A program made the translations under genes and the position numbers. Below are positions 1 through 10,270 of a DNA stretch of 36,853 bases, in pieces. The notes beneath the pieces were generated by a model. The model saw nothing but the letters and a program-made list of their open reading frames with translations, did not search any database and had not been told where the DNA came from. This stretch comes from Octopus sinensis (taxonomy: Eukaryota), in the NCBI RefSeq assembly GCF_006345805.1, contig NW_021834725.1, positions 1 to 36,853 of the forward strand. Reading direction: 5' to 3'. Numbering within the stretch: the stretch's first letter is position 1; each line of letters opens with the position of its first letter.

Positions 1-218
1 GAAAGAAGCCCCTTCGTATATATGTTTGTGTGTCTGTGTTTGTCCCCCCAAAATCGCTTGACAACCGATGCTGGTGTGTTTACGTACCCGTAAAAGAGAA
101 CGATAGAATAAATACTGGGCTTACAAAGAATAAGTCCTGGGGTCGATTTCTTCGACTAAAGGCGGTGCTCCAGCATGGCCACAATCAAATGACTGAAACA
201 AGTAAAAGAGTAAAGAGT
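1..218 (+). mobile_element. SINE family A, 3' half (cut by window edge)
   Basis: Matches the body and tail of the other family A copies (CTTGACAACCGATGCTGGTGTG...CTCCAGCATGGCC...GACTGAAACAAGTAAAAGAGTA). Confidence 0.9.
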
Positions 219-219
219 A

Positions 220-740
220 ATTATTATTATTTGGCGAAAACTCTCGTATATTTTTTGCTGGGCATTGTGGATAGTGTCAGCAATCCACAGCCAACAGCCT
301 AAGGTGACACTTGTTTTACTGACCATGCTTCAAGAACCCTGCGAAGAATTCTTGCAGTTCTAAGCAATGCTGGTTTTTCCATTTCCCACTTCAAATCGTA
401 TTTCCTACATCAAATTGTCATAGATGTTCAGTTTTTCTACTGTTTTTTGTCTTTGACCATGTTGTCACCGGAACTTGCTAATGTCGATTATCATGCAATT
501 TCTTTCTTTTTTATTCACCTCAACAACGTCCAGTTTCCGATGTCTGGTCAGGTGATCGCACTGGATCATTGCATCCCACGGGATTTTGCAATCTTCATTC
601 TCGGCGACTCCTTCTGGGGTTTGCTCATACCACGTCTTTGCTCTTTGTAGGCCGTGATTTCCACAGAGCTCTCAATGGATTATTTTTGTCACACTGTCAT
701 GTCGTTTTTTGTTATCGCATTGTGCCACTTTGGCAATAGT
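220..740 (-). mobile_element. Decayed 3' end of an R4/Dong-type (restriction-like endonuclease) non-LTR retrotransposon
   Basis: Minus-strand translation: VAQCDNKKRHDSVTKIIH*ELCGNHGLQRAKTWYEQTPEGVAENEDCKIPWDAMIQCDHLTRHRKLDVVEVNKKERNCMIIDI, frameshifts, GDNMVKDK..VEKLNIYDNL, then LLRTARILRRVLEA. This fits the RHD..V...IHW.LC / WYEH.P / RPDIV / IIDI / LLGTARILR.VL motif series. The short 3' UTR ends in (TAA)n at 220-232. Confidence 0.8.
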
Positions 741-759
741 ATCAATGGTATCAATGGTG

Positions 760-1235
760 TTGTACTGGTAATAGTAGTGATGTTGGTTGTAGTAGTAACA
801 GTGGTGGTGTAGTAGTAGTAGTAGCGCTGGTGGTGGTGGTGGTGGTGGTGGTGATGGTGGTGGTGATAGTGGTTGTAGTAGTAGTGGTGATAGAGGTGGT
901 GGTGGTTGTGATGGTGGTAGTAGTAGTAGTGGTGGTGGTGGTGATAGTGGTTGTAGTAGTAGTGGTGATAGAGGTGGTGGTGGTTGTGATGGTGGTAGTA
1001 GTAGTGGTGGTGGTAGTGGTGGTGGTGGTGGTGGTGGTGGTAGTGATGGTGGTGATAGTGTTAATGGTGGTAGTGGTGGTGGTGTTAGTGTTAATGGTGG
1101 TAGTGGTGGTGACGATCGTAGTGTTATTGGTAGTGGTGGTGGTGATGGTGATGGTGATGGTGGTGGCGATTGCAGTGGTAATAGTTCTGGTGGTGATAGC
1201 GATGGTGGAGATTGTTTGTTGTTGGTGTTGGTGAT
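760..1235. repeat. Compound (GGT/GTA/GAT)n trinucleotide array with a 78-bp internal duplication
   Basis: Read directly; the unit GATAGTGGTTGTAGTAGTAGTGGTGATAGAGG recurs at 865 and 943. Confidence 0.95.
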
Positions 1236-1277
1236 GCTGATAGTATTAGATCTCGGTGAAGGCGTTACCAACCTTAC

Positions 1278-1355
1278 CGACAGACACCCAAAACTGCTCA
1301 AGATAGGGTCGTTCAGTGCAAGTCAGCAACCAGCGATTTTGTACTGATTTTCCCG
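1278..1355 (-). CDS. Candidate 78-nt internal exon (phase 1-1), unidentified protein
   Basis: Acceptor ...TTTCCACGTATACACGCAG|, donor TCG|GTAAGG, open frame GKSVQNRWLLTCTERPYLEQFWVSV; non-repetitive island. No homology recognised. Confidence 0.2.
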
Positions 1356-1379
1356 CTGCGTGTATACGTGGAAACATGT

Positions 1380-1473
1380 GTGCGTTTATGTGAGTATATG
1401 AATGTACATTGTGTGTATGTGCTTGTATGTGTTTAATCGTGTATGTATACGTGTTTACACATGTGTGTATGTA

Positions 1474-1504
<31 letters not shown>

Positions 1505-2010
1505 AAATGTGAGTCTGTATCTATAACGGTTTCTAGGTTTTATAGTCATGTGTCGGTGTGAAAGAGTTTGTACGTGTGTGCATTAGTATATGTGTGCGTG
1601 CGTGTGTGTGTGAATATATACATACTCATGTATGTAGGTATGTATGTTTGTGTATGTGTGTATATATATGTGTGTGTGTGTCTTTGTAGGCTTGTATGTA
1701 TATATATATATGTGTGTATGTGTGTGTGTATACATGTATGTATTCATACACACAAACACATACACATATACTCACTTATACGTTATATATCCGTGTGTAT
1801 ACATAATGTGTAAATGATCTGTTTAATTTTATGTAAAGTTATATGCGTGTATAAACATATGTATGTATGTATGTATGTACGTAACTATGGTGGCGGTACA
1901 TATGTTTATATTCACATCAATGTATAGACACAAACAGTATTCTTAAAGTGTATGTTCTACCATAAACACTCACACACATACACACACACACACACACACA
2001 CATACACACA
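1380..2010. repeat. Degenerate (TG/TA/TATG) and (CA)n microsatellite field
   Basis: Read directly. Confidence 0.9.
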
Positions 2011-2474
2011 GCATATAAGTGCATTTATTAATAGTTCAGTGATTGAATGCACTTGTTTTGCATAATAAAAAAAAAATGTACAATAGAGCATGCTCTGTGT
2101 GTAATAAAAATCTTAATAGTCGTTGTGGTGTGTGGTCGAGCACAAGCGACAAATGTAAACAAATGCTCGTGCATTCAGTGTAGTGGAGTTTTTTTAAATT
2201 ATTAGCAGCGAATCTACTACAGGCAGCATTTATGTGGACAGATACAGAGCGGGACGCAGTATAGGTGATGAGTTGTTAAGTTGTTCGTCGGTGCACACTG
2301 CAGTGACAGATTAAAGGTATTCTTCTACAAAGAATACTTAGTTTACCATGTATTCACATTCTACTTGCGCGCCTGCAAAATGATGTTTGTTTGTGGCTTG
2401 GATGCAAATATGTGTTCGTGTATAATTATTAGTTATGTAAGTTACTTTAAGAAGGCGTGTGAGCGCATATGTAC

Positions 2475-2551
<77 letters not shown>

Positions 2552-2564
2552 CCTACCAATCTAC

Positions 2565-2607
<43 letters not shown>

Positions 2608-2716
2608 CCTATCTATCTATCTATCTACCTACCTACCTACCTACCTACCTACCTACCTACCTACCTACCTACATACCTACCTACCTACCTACATACCTAC
2701 CTACCTACCTACATAC

Positions 2717-2791
<75 letters not shown>
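2475..2791. repeat. (TATC)n/(TACC)n compound tetranucleotide array
   Basis: Read directly; TATC blocks flank a central TACC/TACA block. Confidence 0.97.
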
Positions 2792-2792
<1 letters not shown>

Positions 2793-2794
2793 TC

Positions 2795-2850
2795 AAGGCA
2801 GTGCTCCAGCATGGCCGCAGTCTAATGCCTGAAACAGGTAAGAGATAAAA
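2795..2850 (+). mobile_element. SINE family A tail fragment
   Basis: GGCAGTGCTCCAGCATGGCCGCAGTCTAATGCCTGAAACAGGTAAGAGATAAAA. Confidence 0.8.
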
Positions 2851-2852
2851 AT

Positions 2853-2910
2853 TATATATATATAAAGAAATTATATATAAAAATATACAAGAATATATAT
2901 ATATACATAT

Positions 2911-2960
<50 letters not shown>
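2853..2960. repeat. (TA)n microsatellite
   Basis: Read directly. Confidence 0.95.
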
Positions 2961-2980
2961 AAGAAAATATAATATAAATT

Positions 2981-3060
2981 CTCTTATTTATTTTTAGCTT
3001 CAGTCATTTTACTGCAGCCATGCTGGAACACCGTCTTCAAGGATTTTTTAGTTGAACAAA
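2981..3060 (-). mobile_element. SINE family A tail fragment
   Basis: Reverse complement of the tail: CTTCAGTCATTTTACTGCAGCCATGCTGGAACACCG. Confidence 0.75.
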
Positions 3061-3078
3061 TTTATATATATATATATA

Positions 3079-3458
3079 CTAGCAGTATCGCCCGGCGTTG
3101 CTCAGGTTTGTAAGGGAAATAACAATAAGCATTTTTAGAGAGTTATAGCCAAAAAATAGCAAAAAAATGGAAAAAAAATTATGGTAAATTTTTTTGAGAG
3201 TTAAAAAGGTGGAGTTGCGTCCCCTAGACGTCTGTGGTTTGGGTTTATGATTCTCGACCCCATGTCGAATTTATCGATTTTTTTCAGAACTGGGAGAACT
3301 TTTCAAAATTTTCGCTGCGTTAGTTTTGAATTATGACATTGGGCTATGTGTGTGTCAAGTTTCATCAGAATCGGTTGAAAGCCGTGGTCAGAGTGAGGGT
3401 ACGAGAAAACAGACACACAGAAAACGCACAGACAAACTGCCGATTATATAGAGAGAGA
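3079..3458 (-). mobile_element. Non-autonomous Helitron (380 bp)
   Basis: On the minus strand it starts 5'-TC and ends CTAG-3', inserted between host A and T. A GC-rich hairpin (forward CCCGGCGTTGCTCAGG, 3091-3106, one mismatch) lies 8 nt from CTAG. No TSD. An internal AAGTTTCATCAGAATCGGTTG motif is typical of short invertebrate Helitrons. Confidence 0.8.
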
Positions 3459-3659
3459 TAAGTATGCGAATAAGTATTGAAGACGATGCGGAATTTGGAG
3501 AAATCGGAAATACGAAATTAAAAATGGCAGCTTTGCATAGCGTTACAAATATGGGTCAATGGGGCAAAAGGGATGGCTTCATTTTGAATGGTTAGTTATA
3601 AAATTTTGCGAACAGAATTGTCAACGATTACTGATAATAATATTCTCAATAATAACAAT

Positions 3660-3795
3660 GGTTGTGGTGAAGAAGAAGAAGAAAAACAACTACAAAAGGA
3701 AGAACGAAACAAGAAAAAGAAAAGGAAAAGATGGAAAAGAGAAGGAAAAGAAAAAGAAGAAGAAAAGGGAGGAAAGAAGAAGAAAAAGAAGAAAA
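3660..3795. repeat. A/G-rich (GAA) low-complexity tract
   Basis: Read directly. Confidence 0.85.
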
Positions 3796-3856
3796 TGGGC
3801 TGTGGCGCAAATTCTTATCAATAATTATAGTAATATTCTCTGTAATTTAGACCAGA

Positions 3857-3975
3857 ACCAGCAGTTTTGAGGTGAGGGCTTAGTTAATTTTATCGAACTC
3901 ATTATGTGATTGGTAATTTCATTTTATCGTGCCTAAAATGATGAAAGTTACTTCGGTGAGATTAGAACAGAGGAA
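3857..3975 (-). mobile_element. Highly degenerate SINE family B fragment
   Basis: Weak match to the reverse complement of the B 3' part (CCAGCAGTTTT...TTTTATCG...GATGAAAG). Confidence 0.4.
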
Positions 3976-4036
3976 GTAAAGAAACCCAAAGCATTTGGGG
4001 TTTTAAGTTGCAGGCACTCTTCAAATCAATCATCCT

Positions 4037-4092
<56 letters not shown>

Positions 4093-4480
4093 TGGCCGCG
4101 GAGTGGCTATTTGGTAAGAAGCATACTTCGCAACCACATGATTTCGGGTTCAGTCCTACTCCGTGGCACCTTATGCAGGTATCTTCTACTGTAGCCTTGG
4201 GCCGACCAAAGCTTTGTGAGTGGATTTGGTAGACGGAAAATGAAAGAAACCCGCCATATGTGTATGTGTATGTGTGTGTATGCGTGCGTGTGGGTGTGGT
4301 TTACCCCCACCATCACTTGACAACCGGTGTTGCTGTATTTACTTCCCCGAAACCTAGCGGTTCGACAACAGAAACCGATAGAATAAGTAATAACCTTACG
4401 AAGAAGTCCTGGAGTCGATTTGTTCCACAAAATGTGGTGATCCAGCATGGCCGCAGTGAAAATGGCTGAAACAAGTAAAA
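4093..4480 (+). mobile_element. SINE family A, full length, diverged
   Basis: tRNA-like head with A-box and B-box (GGGTTCAGTCC), CORE-like GGCACCTT... segment, internal (TG) tract, tail GCTGAAACAAGTAAAA. Confidence 0.9.
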
Positions 4481-4645
4481 TATATATATTTCTCTCCTTG
4501 TTTTTTTTCTGTGTATCTTTCTGTAGAAGAGCGTAGGCTCGAAACGTAAAAGACTTTTTCTATTCCTGAGCGCTATACTAATACATCTGTTTGTTTGTAC
4601 ACCATCTGCCTTCGTCTTTTGTTTATTTTCGTAAACTTTTCCTAT
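4481..4645 (+). mobile_element. Penelope-like terminal-repeat fragment
   Basis: T-rich segment containing a minimal hammerhead-like motif and ending in (TA)n; the classification is inferred from that motif. Confidence 0.5.
4516..4553 (+). ncRNA. Minimal type-I hammerhead ribozyme-like motif (variant core)
   Basis: TCTTT-CTGTAGA-A-GAGC(GTAG)GCTC-GAAACGTA-AAAGA: 5-bp stem I, 4-bp stem II, palindromic ACGT stem III, GUA cleavage triplet; A6 is U and there is one extra A after A9. Confidence 0.5.
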
Positions 4646-4665
4646 ATATATATATATATATATAT

Positions 4666-5061
4666 AGGCGCAGGAGTGGCTGTGTGGTAAGTAGCTTGTT
4701 TACCAACCACATGGTTCCGGGTTCAGTCCCACTGCGTGGCACCTTGGGCAAGTGTCTTCTACTATAGCCTCGGGCCGACCAAAGCCTTGTGAGTGGATTT
4801 GGTAGACGGAAACTGAAAGAAGCCCGTCGTATATATGTAATATATTCGGTGTGGTGCTTGTGTGTCTGTGTTTGTCCCCCTAGCATTGCTTGACAACCGA
4901 TGCTGGTGTGTTTATGTCCCCGTTACCTAGCAGTTCGGCAAAAGAGACCGATAGAATAAGTACTGGGCTTACAAAAGAATAAGTCCCGGGGTCGATTTGC
5001 TCGATTAAAGGCGGTGCTCCAACATGGCCGCAGTCAAATGACTTAAACAAGTAAAAGAGTA
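4666..5061 (+). mobile_element. SINE family A, full length
   Basis: AGGCGCAGGAGTGGCTGTGTGGTAAG head, B-box GGGTTCAGTCCC, tail AAACAAGTAAAAGAGTA; close match to the other copies. Confidence 0.95.
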
Positions 5062-5279
5062 TACTGGATAAGATGTTTGCGGGCGGCGAACATAAAAAAT
5101 TTCATTTTACCTGTAAGAACACTAAATAATTGTACCACCTAGATTTGGATGATCTCGGATCTAGGTTTCGAACTTTCTAAATTACGTATGTATATATAGA
5201 TATATACAGAAAGAGAGAGAGGGAGATAGAGAGAGAGAAAGTGTCAGATTGGCAAATGTAACCAAACATAGATACGTAC

Positions 5280-5300
5280 GTACACACACACACACACGCG

Positions 5301-5355
<55 letters not shown>

Positions 5356-5376
5356 ACAAACACACACATACACACT
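5280..5376. repeat. (CA)n microsatellite
   Basis: Read directly. Confidence 0.95.
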
Positions 5377-5450
5377 TGGATGCATACGCATACGTGGATG
5401 CATACGCATACGTGGATGCATACGCATACGTGGATGCATACGCATACGTG
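5377..5450. repeat. 18-bp minisatellite, 4 perfect copies (TGGATGCATACGCATACG)
   Basis: Units start at 5377, 5395, 5413 and 5431. Confidence 0.95.
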
Positions 5451-5528
5451 TAAGAATTTGTAAATAAAAGCTACCAGGCGTTCAAACCAGAAATCAGACC
5501 CAGTGAAAGACCTTTTTTGAAATGTATC

Positions 5529-5529
<1 letters not shown>

Positions 5530-5568
<39 letters not shown>

Positions 5569-5753
5569 AGTGTGCGTGTGTGTGCGTGCGTGCGCTGGAT
5601 TTCGATGTAACCATCGTTCACAGTATTCAACGGAGGATGGAAATGGGTGGCTGCGCGTCCCTAATGTTTTGAAGATAGGGCATCAGGTGGTGACCCTACT
5701 ACACGCTACAGAAACACACACACACACACACACACACAAAACACACACACACA

Positions 5754-5800
<47 letters not shown>
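5530..5800. repeat. (TG)n and (CA)n tracts flanking a short unique island (about 5595-5705)
   Basis: Read directly. Confidence 0.9.
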
Positions 5801-5805
<5 letters not shown>

Positions 5806-6169
5806 CAGATATTTATACTCATGCACAAATACAGTGATGTACTACGGTACATGAGCATCCACACGTAAACACACACATGAACGCACACAAATACAGCTAC
5901 AAAGAGAGCTTCACGTAGGTACACACTCTCGTACACATACACACAAATACACATATTCATACCTATACACATATATATATATATATATATACATACATAC
6001 ACTCCTATACACGTGACATTTCTAATGAGCTTCCACAAAACGTCCAATACATATGACCGTTGGGGAGGGGGGTGGAGGGCTGGTTTGCACGTGGTTGAGA
6101 AACCAGGGCAGTCATTACCACACATCATCCAATGATAGAGCTGAAGGGAGAGGGGGTAGATAGGTAAGA

Positions 6170-6170
6170 G

Positions 6171-6206
<36 letters not shown>

Positions 6207-6957
6207 TCGATGATGGTGATGACGGCAATAGTGCTTGTAGTGTTGAATGTGATGTCGGTGATGATGACGATAGTGGTGGTGGTGGTGGTGGTGGTGGTGG
6301 TGTTGGTGTGGTGGTGGTGGTGGTGGTGTTGGTGTGGTGGTGGTGGTGGTGTGGTGTGTGGTGGTGGTGTTGGTGTGTGGTGGTGGTGGTGGTTGGTGTG
6401 GTGGTGTGTGGTGGTGGTTGGTGTTGGTGGTGGTGTAATGGTGAATGTGATAGTAGAGGTGGTGGGGATGATGACGATGATGATGATGATGAGGTGGTGG
6501 CGGTGGTGGTGTGGTGGCGGTGGTGGTGGTGTTGGTGGTGGTGGTGGTGGTGGTGGTGGTGGTGGTGTTGTTGTTGTTGGTGTTGGTGGTGGTTGTAATG
6601 GTGAATGTGATAGTAGAGGTGGTGGGGATGATGACGATGATGATGATGATGAAGGTGGTGGCGGTGGTGGTGGTGGTGGCGGTGGTGGTGGTGTTGGTGG
6701 TGGTGGTGGTGGTGGTGGTGGTGGTGGTTGGTGGTGTTGGTGTTGGTGGTGGTTGTAATGGTGAATGTGATAGTAGAGGTGGTGGGGATGATGACGATGA
6801 TGATGATGATGAAGGTGATGACGGTGGTGGTGGTGGTGTTGGTGTTGGTGGTGTTGGTGGTGGTGGTGGTTGTGACTGTGACAATGATGCTGATTCTGAA
6901 GGTGATTGTGATAACGATTCTGATGATGACGACGACGACGGCGAAAAAGATCACGAA

Positions 6958-7000
<43 letters not shown>

Positions 7001-7080
7001 GCGATGGTGATGACGACGACGACGATGATGATGATGATGATGGTCGCAGCGATGATGATGATGACGGTAGTTTTGGTGGC
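6170..7080. repeat. Compound (GGT/GAT/GAC)n array with a 160-bp higher-order repeat
   Basis: The anchor TAATGGTGAATGTGATAGTAGAGGTGGTGGGGATGATGACGATG starts at 6436, 6596 and 6756. Confidence 0.95.
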
Positions 7081-7257
7081 GGTGATTCTTTCGTCGTTTT
7101 CCTCCCTCTGAAGATAACAAAATTGGGACATTCATGAGTACACGTGTTCTACATCTGGATGGCATTCATTGAAATCGATCCGTAAACAACACACCCCACC
7201 ACGTCCCACCACATAGAAATTCGACATTTACTCAGACCCATCATCATTATCACCGCG

Positions 7258-7260
7258 GCG

Positions 7261-7318
<58 letters not shown>

Positions 7319-7350
7319 TGATGATGATGATGATGATGATTGATGATGAT

Positions 7351-7405
<55 letters not shown>

Positions 7406-7430
7406 AATAATAATAATAATAACAATAATA

Positions 7431-7467
<37 letters not shown>

Positions 7468-7602
7468 AGTACTACTACTACTACTACTACTAATAATAAT
7501 AATAATAATAAACAATCGTAATAATTATAATAATGAACATCAGCAAAAGCAACACCACTAGTAACACTAAAACATACACCACCACCACCACCACCGCCAC
7601 AA

Positions 7603-7645
<43 letters not shown>

Positions 7646-7700
7646 GCTACTACTACTACAACGACAACATCAACAACAATAATAATAATAATAATAATCA
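7258..7700. repeat. (AAT)n/(GAT)n/(ACT)n compound trinucleotide array
   Basis: Read directly. Confidence 0.95.
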
Positions 7701-7819
7701 CTACACCCATCCACCTTCATCATTATCGCGATCGCCATAAAAAAAAATTTAAGGAATATTTCAAAGAGCTCTGAAGTTCTTTTGAAATTAATTATATGAG
7801 CTAATAAACCTAGATGATA

Positions 7820-7820
7820 A

Positions 7821-7882
<62 letters not shown>
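7820..7882. repeat. (TATC)n
   Basis: Read directly. Confidence 0.95.
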
Positions 7883-7885
<3 letters not shown>

Positions 7886-8049
7886 GACAAACATACATAT
7901 ATTAATCAAAATGTATTTATGAATATCTTTGTGTGTGTGTGTGGGGGGTGCATGTGTGTATGTGTGTGTGTATGCGTGCGTGTAAGTGTATGTGTATGTG
8001 AGTGAGTGAGTGCTTGTATATATGTGTCCATTTGTCTGTCTGTTTGTCC

Positions 8050-8378
8050 GGCTGTGTGGTAAGAAATTTGCTTCGCAAGTACTTGGCACCTTGGCAAGTG
8101 TCTTCTATTATAGCCTCAGGCGGACTGGGGTTGATATAATCGACTTAATCCGTTTGTCTGTCCTTGTTTGTCCTCTGTATTTAGCCCCTTGTGGGTTGTA
8201 AAGAAATAGGTATTTCATCTGTCTTTATGTTCTGAGTTCAAATTCCGCCGAAGTCGACTTTGCCTTTCATCCTTTCGGGGTCGATAAATTAAGTACCAGT
8301 TGCATACTGGGTTCGATCTAATCGACTGGCTCTCTCCCCCCAAATTCCGGACTTTGTATTTAGAGTAGAAAAGAATAT
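8050..8378 (+). mobile_element. Composite: SINE A head fragment (8050-8120) joined to SINE B 3' portion (8124-8378)
   Basis: GGCTGTGTGGTAAG...TAGCCTCAGG, then ACTGGGGTTGATATAATCGACTT...AGAGTAGAAAAGAATAT. Confidence 0.85.
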
Positions 8379-8781
8379 AACTTTTTTAGTGTAAACTAAG
8401 GCTGCCTAATGTTTTCCTCCTTTAAAAACTGTTGCCATTTCTAGTTCGTCGATCAAATGCATAGTCACTGTACCATTAACGTATTTAAATTTATATATTG
8501 CAGAAGAATACGATATATGGCTTTAACTTATAACGTATAACTCTTAATTACACGAATTAGAAAACACTAGAACCCGATGAAAAAATAGCGAAGTAATTTA
8601 CGTGCATATAAATCAATATAAATTATAGATTATATGTAGTGTATATCAAAAAGTGTACAGAATTCGATACAAGAGCGTAGAGTAAATTATATGTTTGTAA
8701 ATTGAAATAAATTACAGGTTATACGAAGTATGTATTTAAAAAATATATATAAAACCCAAAATAAAAAAGGTAGAGTAATTT

Positions 8782-9193
8782 ATATCTTTTAGTTTTTATA
8801 TTTTATTTGTATGTCATTAGACTGTAGCCATGCTGGGGCTCTTCCTTGAAGAAATTTTAGTCAAATGAATCGACCCCAGGACTTATTTTTGTTAAACCTG
8901 GTATTAATTTTATGTCCCCGTTAAGGGGACATAAACGCACCTACAGCTGTTGTCCAAGTGGTGGTGGAGGACTAACACAAATACAAAGGCAAACACTCAT
9001 ACACACATAGATAGGTATATATATGCATACGACGGGCTTCTCTCAGTTTCCATCTACCAAATCCATTCACAAGGTTTTGGTCAGCCTGAGGCTATTTTAC
9101 AAGACAACTGTCCAAAGTGTCACGCAGTAGGACTGAACCCGGAACCATGTGGTTGGGAAGCAAGCTTCTTACTACACAGCTACGCCTGCGCCT
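8782..9193 (-). mobile_element. SINE family A, diverged, with a small internal inversion
   Basis: Reverse complement of the family A head at 9130-9193 and tail at about 8782-8850; inverted repeat at 8909-8935. Confidence 0.88.
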
Positions 9194-9467
9194 GCGCCGA
9201 CGTGTTTATATCAGTGCAAACTACAGATAACTGTTGCTTCATTTCACGGTAGACATTTATTGGAGCCGTTGCTGACTTATTCATCTCATTGCTAGCAAAG
9301 TAAACAAAAGATCTGATAAATGACATTCGTGACATGAATCTTAAAAGGTACCTACGAGGCATAATCTGTCGTGTGTTTAACTTTATATGTACTGGAAGAG
9401 ACTCTCCTGTCGTAGGCGATAGATGAGGTTTCTGCAAATTCTTACTCAACAACCTCCATATGCATAC

Positions 9468-9800
9468 GGGCATATGGCGTAGTGGTTAACAGCGCGGGCA
9501 ACTAACACCAAGATTCCGAGTTCGATTCCAAGTAGTAACCTGAACAACAACAACAACAACAACAACAATAATAATAGGTCTACAGCAAATATTCTGCTCA
9601 ATACCACAGATTTGCTTGTCAGTTGTTTGACCTTAACCAGTTGAGCATGTCTCTTAGTTGCTGACGATATGTGCATCTCTGATCACGAGCAGAAGTTGTG
9701 GGGGAGCATCATAGGCATATGTTGAGAGGGATTCTTTGTGGTTTGAATAATTTACCTCTGGAAACATGGGTGTTTCATTCAACATCTTTAAACAACCCTT
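9468..9800 (+). mobile_element. tRNA-derived SINE-like element (family D): head, (AAC/AAT)n linker and body
   Basis: A-box TGGCGTAGTGGTTAA and B-box GAGTTCGATTCC at 9475-9530. The acceptor stem does not pair, so it is not an intact tRNA. The body is recalled as an octopus dispersed repeat; single copy here. Confidence 0.6.
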
Positions 9801-10035
9801 TCATCTTTTCGGGGTCGATAAATAAAGTACCAGTTACGCACTGGGGTTGATATAATCGACTTAATCCGTTTGTCTGTCCTTGTTTGTCCTCTGTGTTTAG
9901 CCCCTTGTGGGTGGTAAAGAAATAGGTATTTCGTCTGTCTTTACGTTCTAAGTACAAATTCCGCTGTGGTCGATCGAATTGACTGGCCCCCTTCCCCAAA
10001 ATTTCGGGCTTTGTGCCTAGAGTAGAAAAGAATAT
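9801..10035 (+). mobile_element. SINE family B (dimeric form), 5'-truncated, internal deletion
   Basis: TCATCTTTTCGGGGTCGATAAATAAAGTACCAGTT...CCTAGAGTAGAAAAGAATATT. Confidence 0.9.
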
Positions 10036-10051
10036 TACACAGTTCCCCCGA

Positions 10052-10270
10052 GAAGGCGGCGAGCAGGCAAAATCGTTACTGCGCCGGGCAAAATGCTTAG
10101 CGGCATTTTCGTTCGTCTCTACGTCCGTTTAAATCCGTCGAGGCCAACTTTGCCTTTTATCACTTTCGGGGTCGATAAAATAAATACCAGTTGAGTAATG
10201 CTTTCCATATAATCAAACTTACACCTCCCCTGAAATTGCTGGCCTTGTGCCAAAATTTGAAACCAATATT
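10052..10270 (+). mobile_element. SINE family B, monomeric form, diverged
   Basis: Head AAGGCGGCGAGCAGGCAAAATCGTT, core CTTTCGGGGTCGATAAAAT, tail GGCCTTGTGCCAAAATTTGAAACCAATATT. Confidence 0.85.

Noticed and set aside
2198-2314. Open frame SESTTGSIYVDRYRAGRSIGD with possible splice sites
   Set aside because: Weak donor (GTGATG), and competing candidate frames on both strands; not supportable without RNA data.
5139-5168. Hairpin ACCTAGAT...ATCTAGGT
   Set aside because: Short stem in unique sequence, too small for a pre-miRNA and expected by chance.
5377-6900. CRISPR-like regular repeats
   Set aside because: The 18-bp units have no spacers and the 160-bp units are microsatellite-derived; eukaryotic context and no cas genes.
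9180-9473. 97-aa non-repetitive minus-strand ORF
   Set aside because: No recognisable motif, both ends run into SINE sequence, and the length is within chance expectation for 37 kb.
9468-9543. tRNA gene candidate (also the heads at 13440-13490, 16019-16120 and 31271-31335)
   Set aside because: A- and B-boxes are present but the acceptor and anticodon stems do not pair, and each continues into a SINE body.
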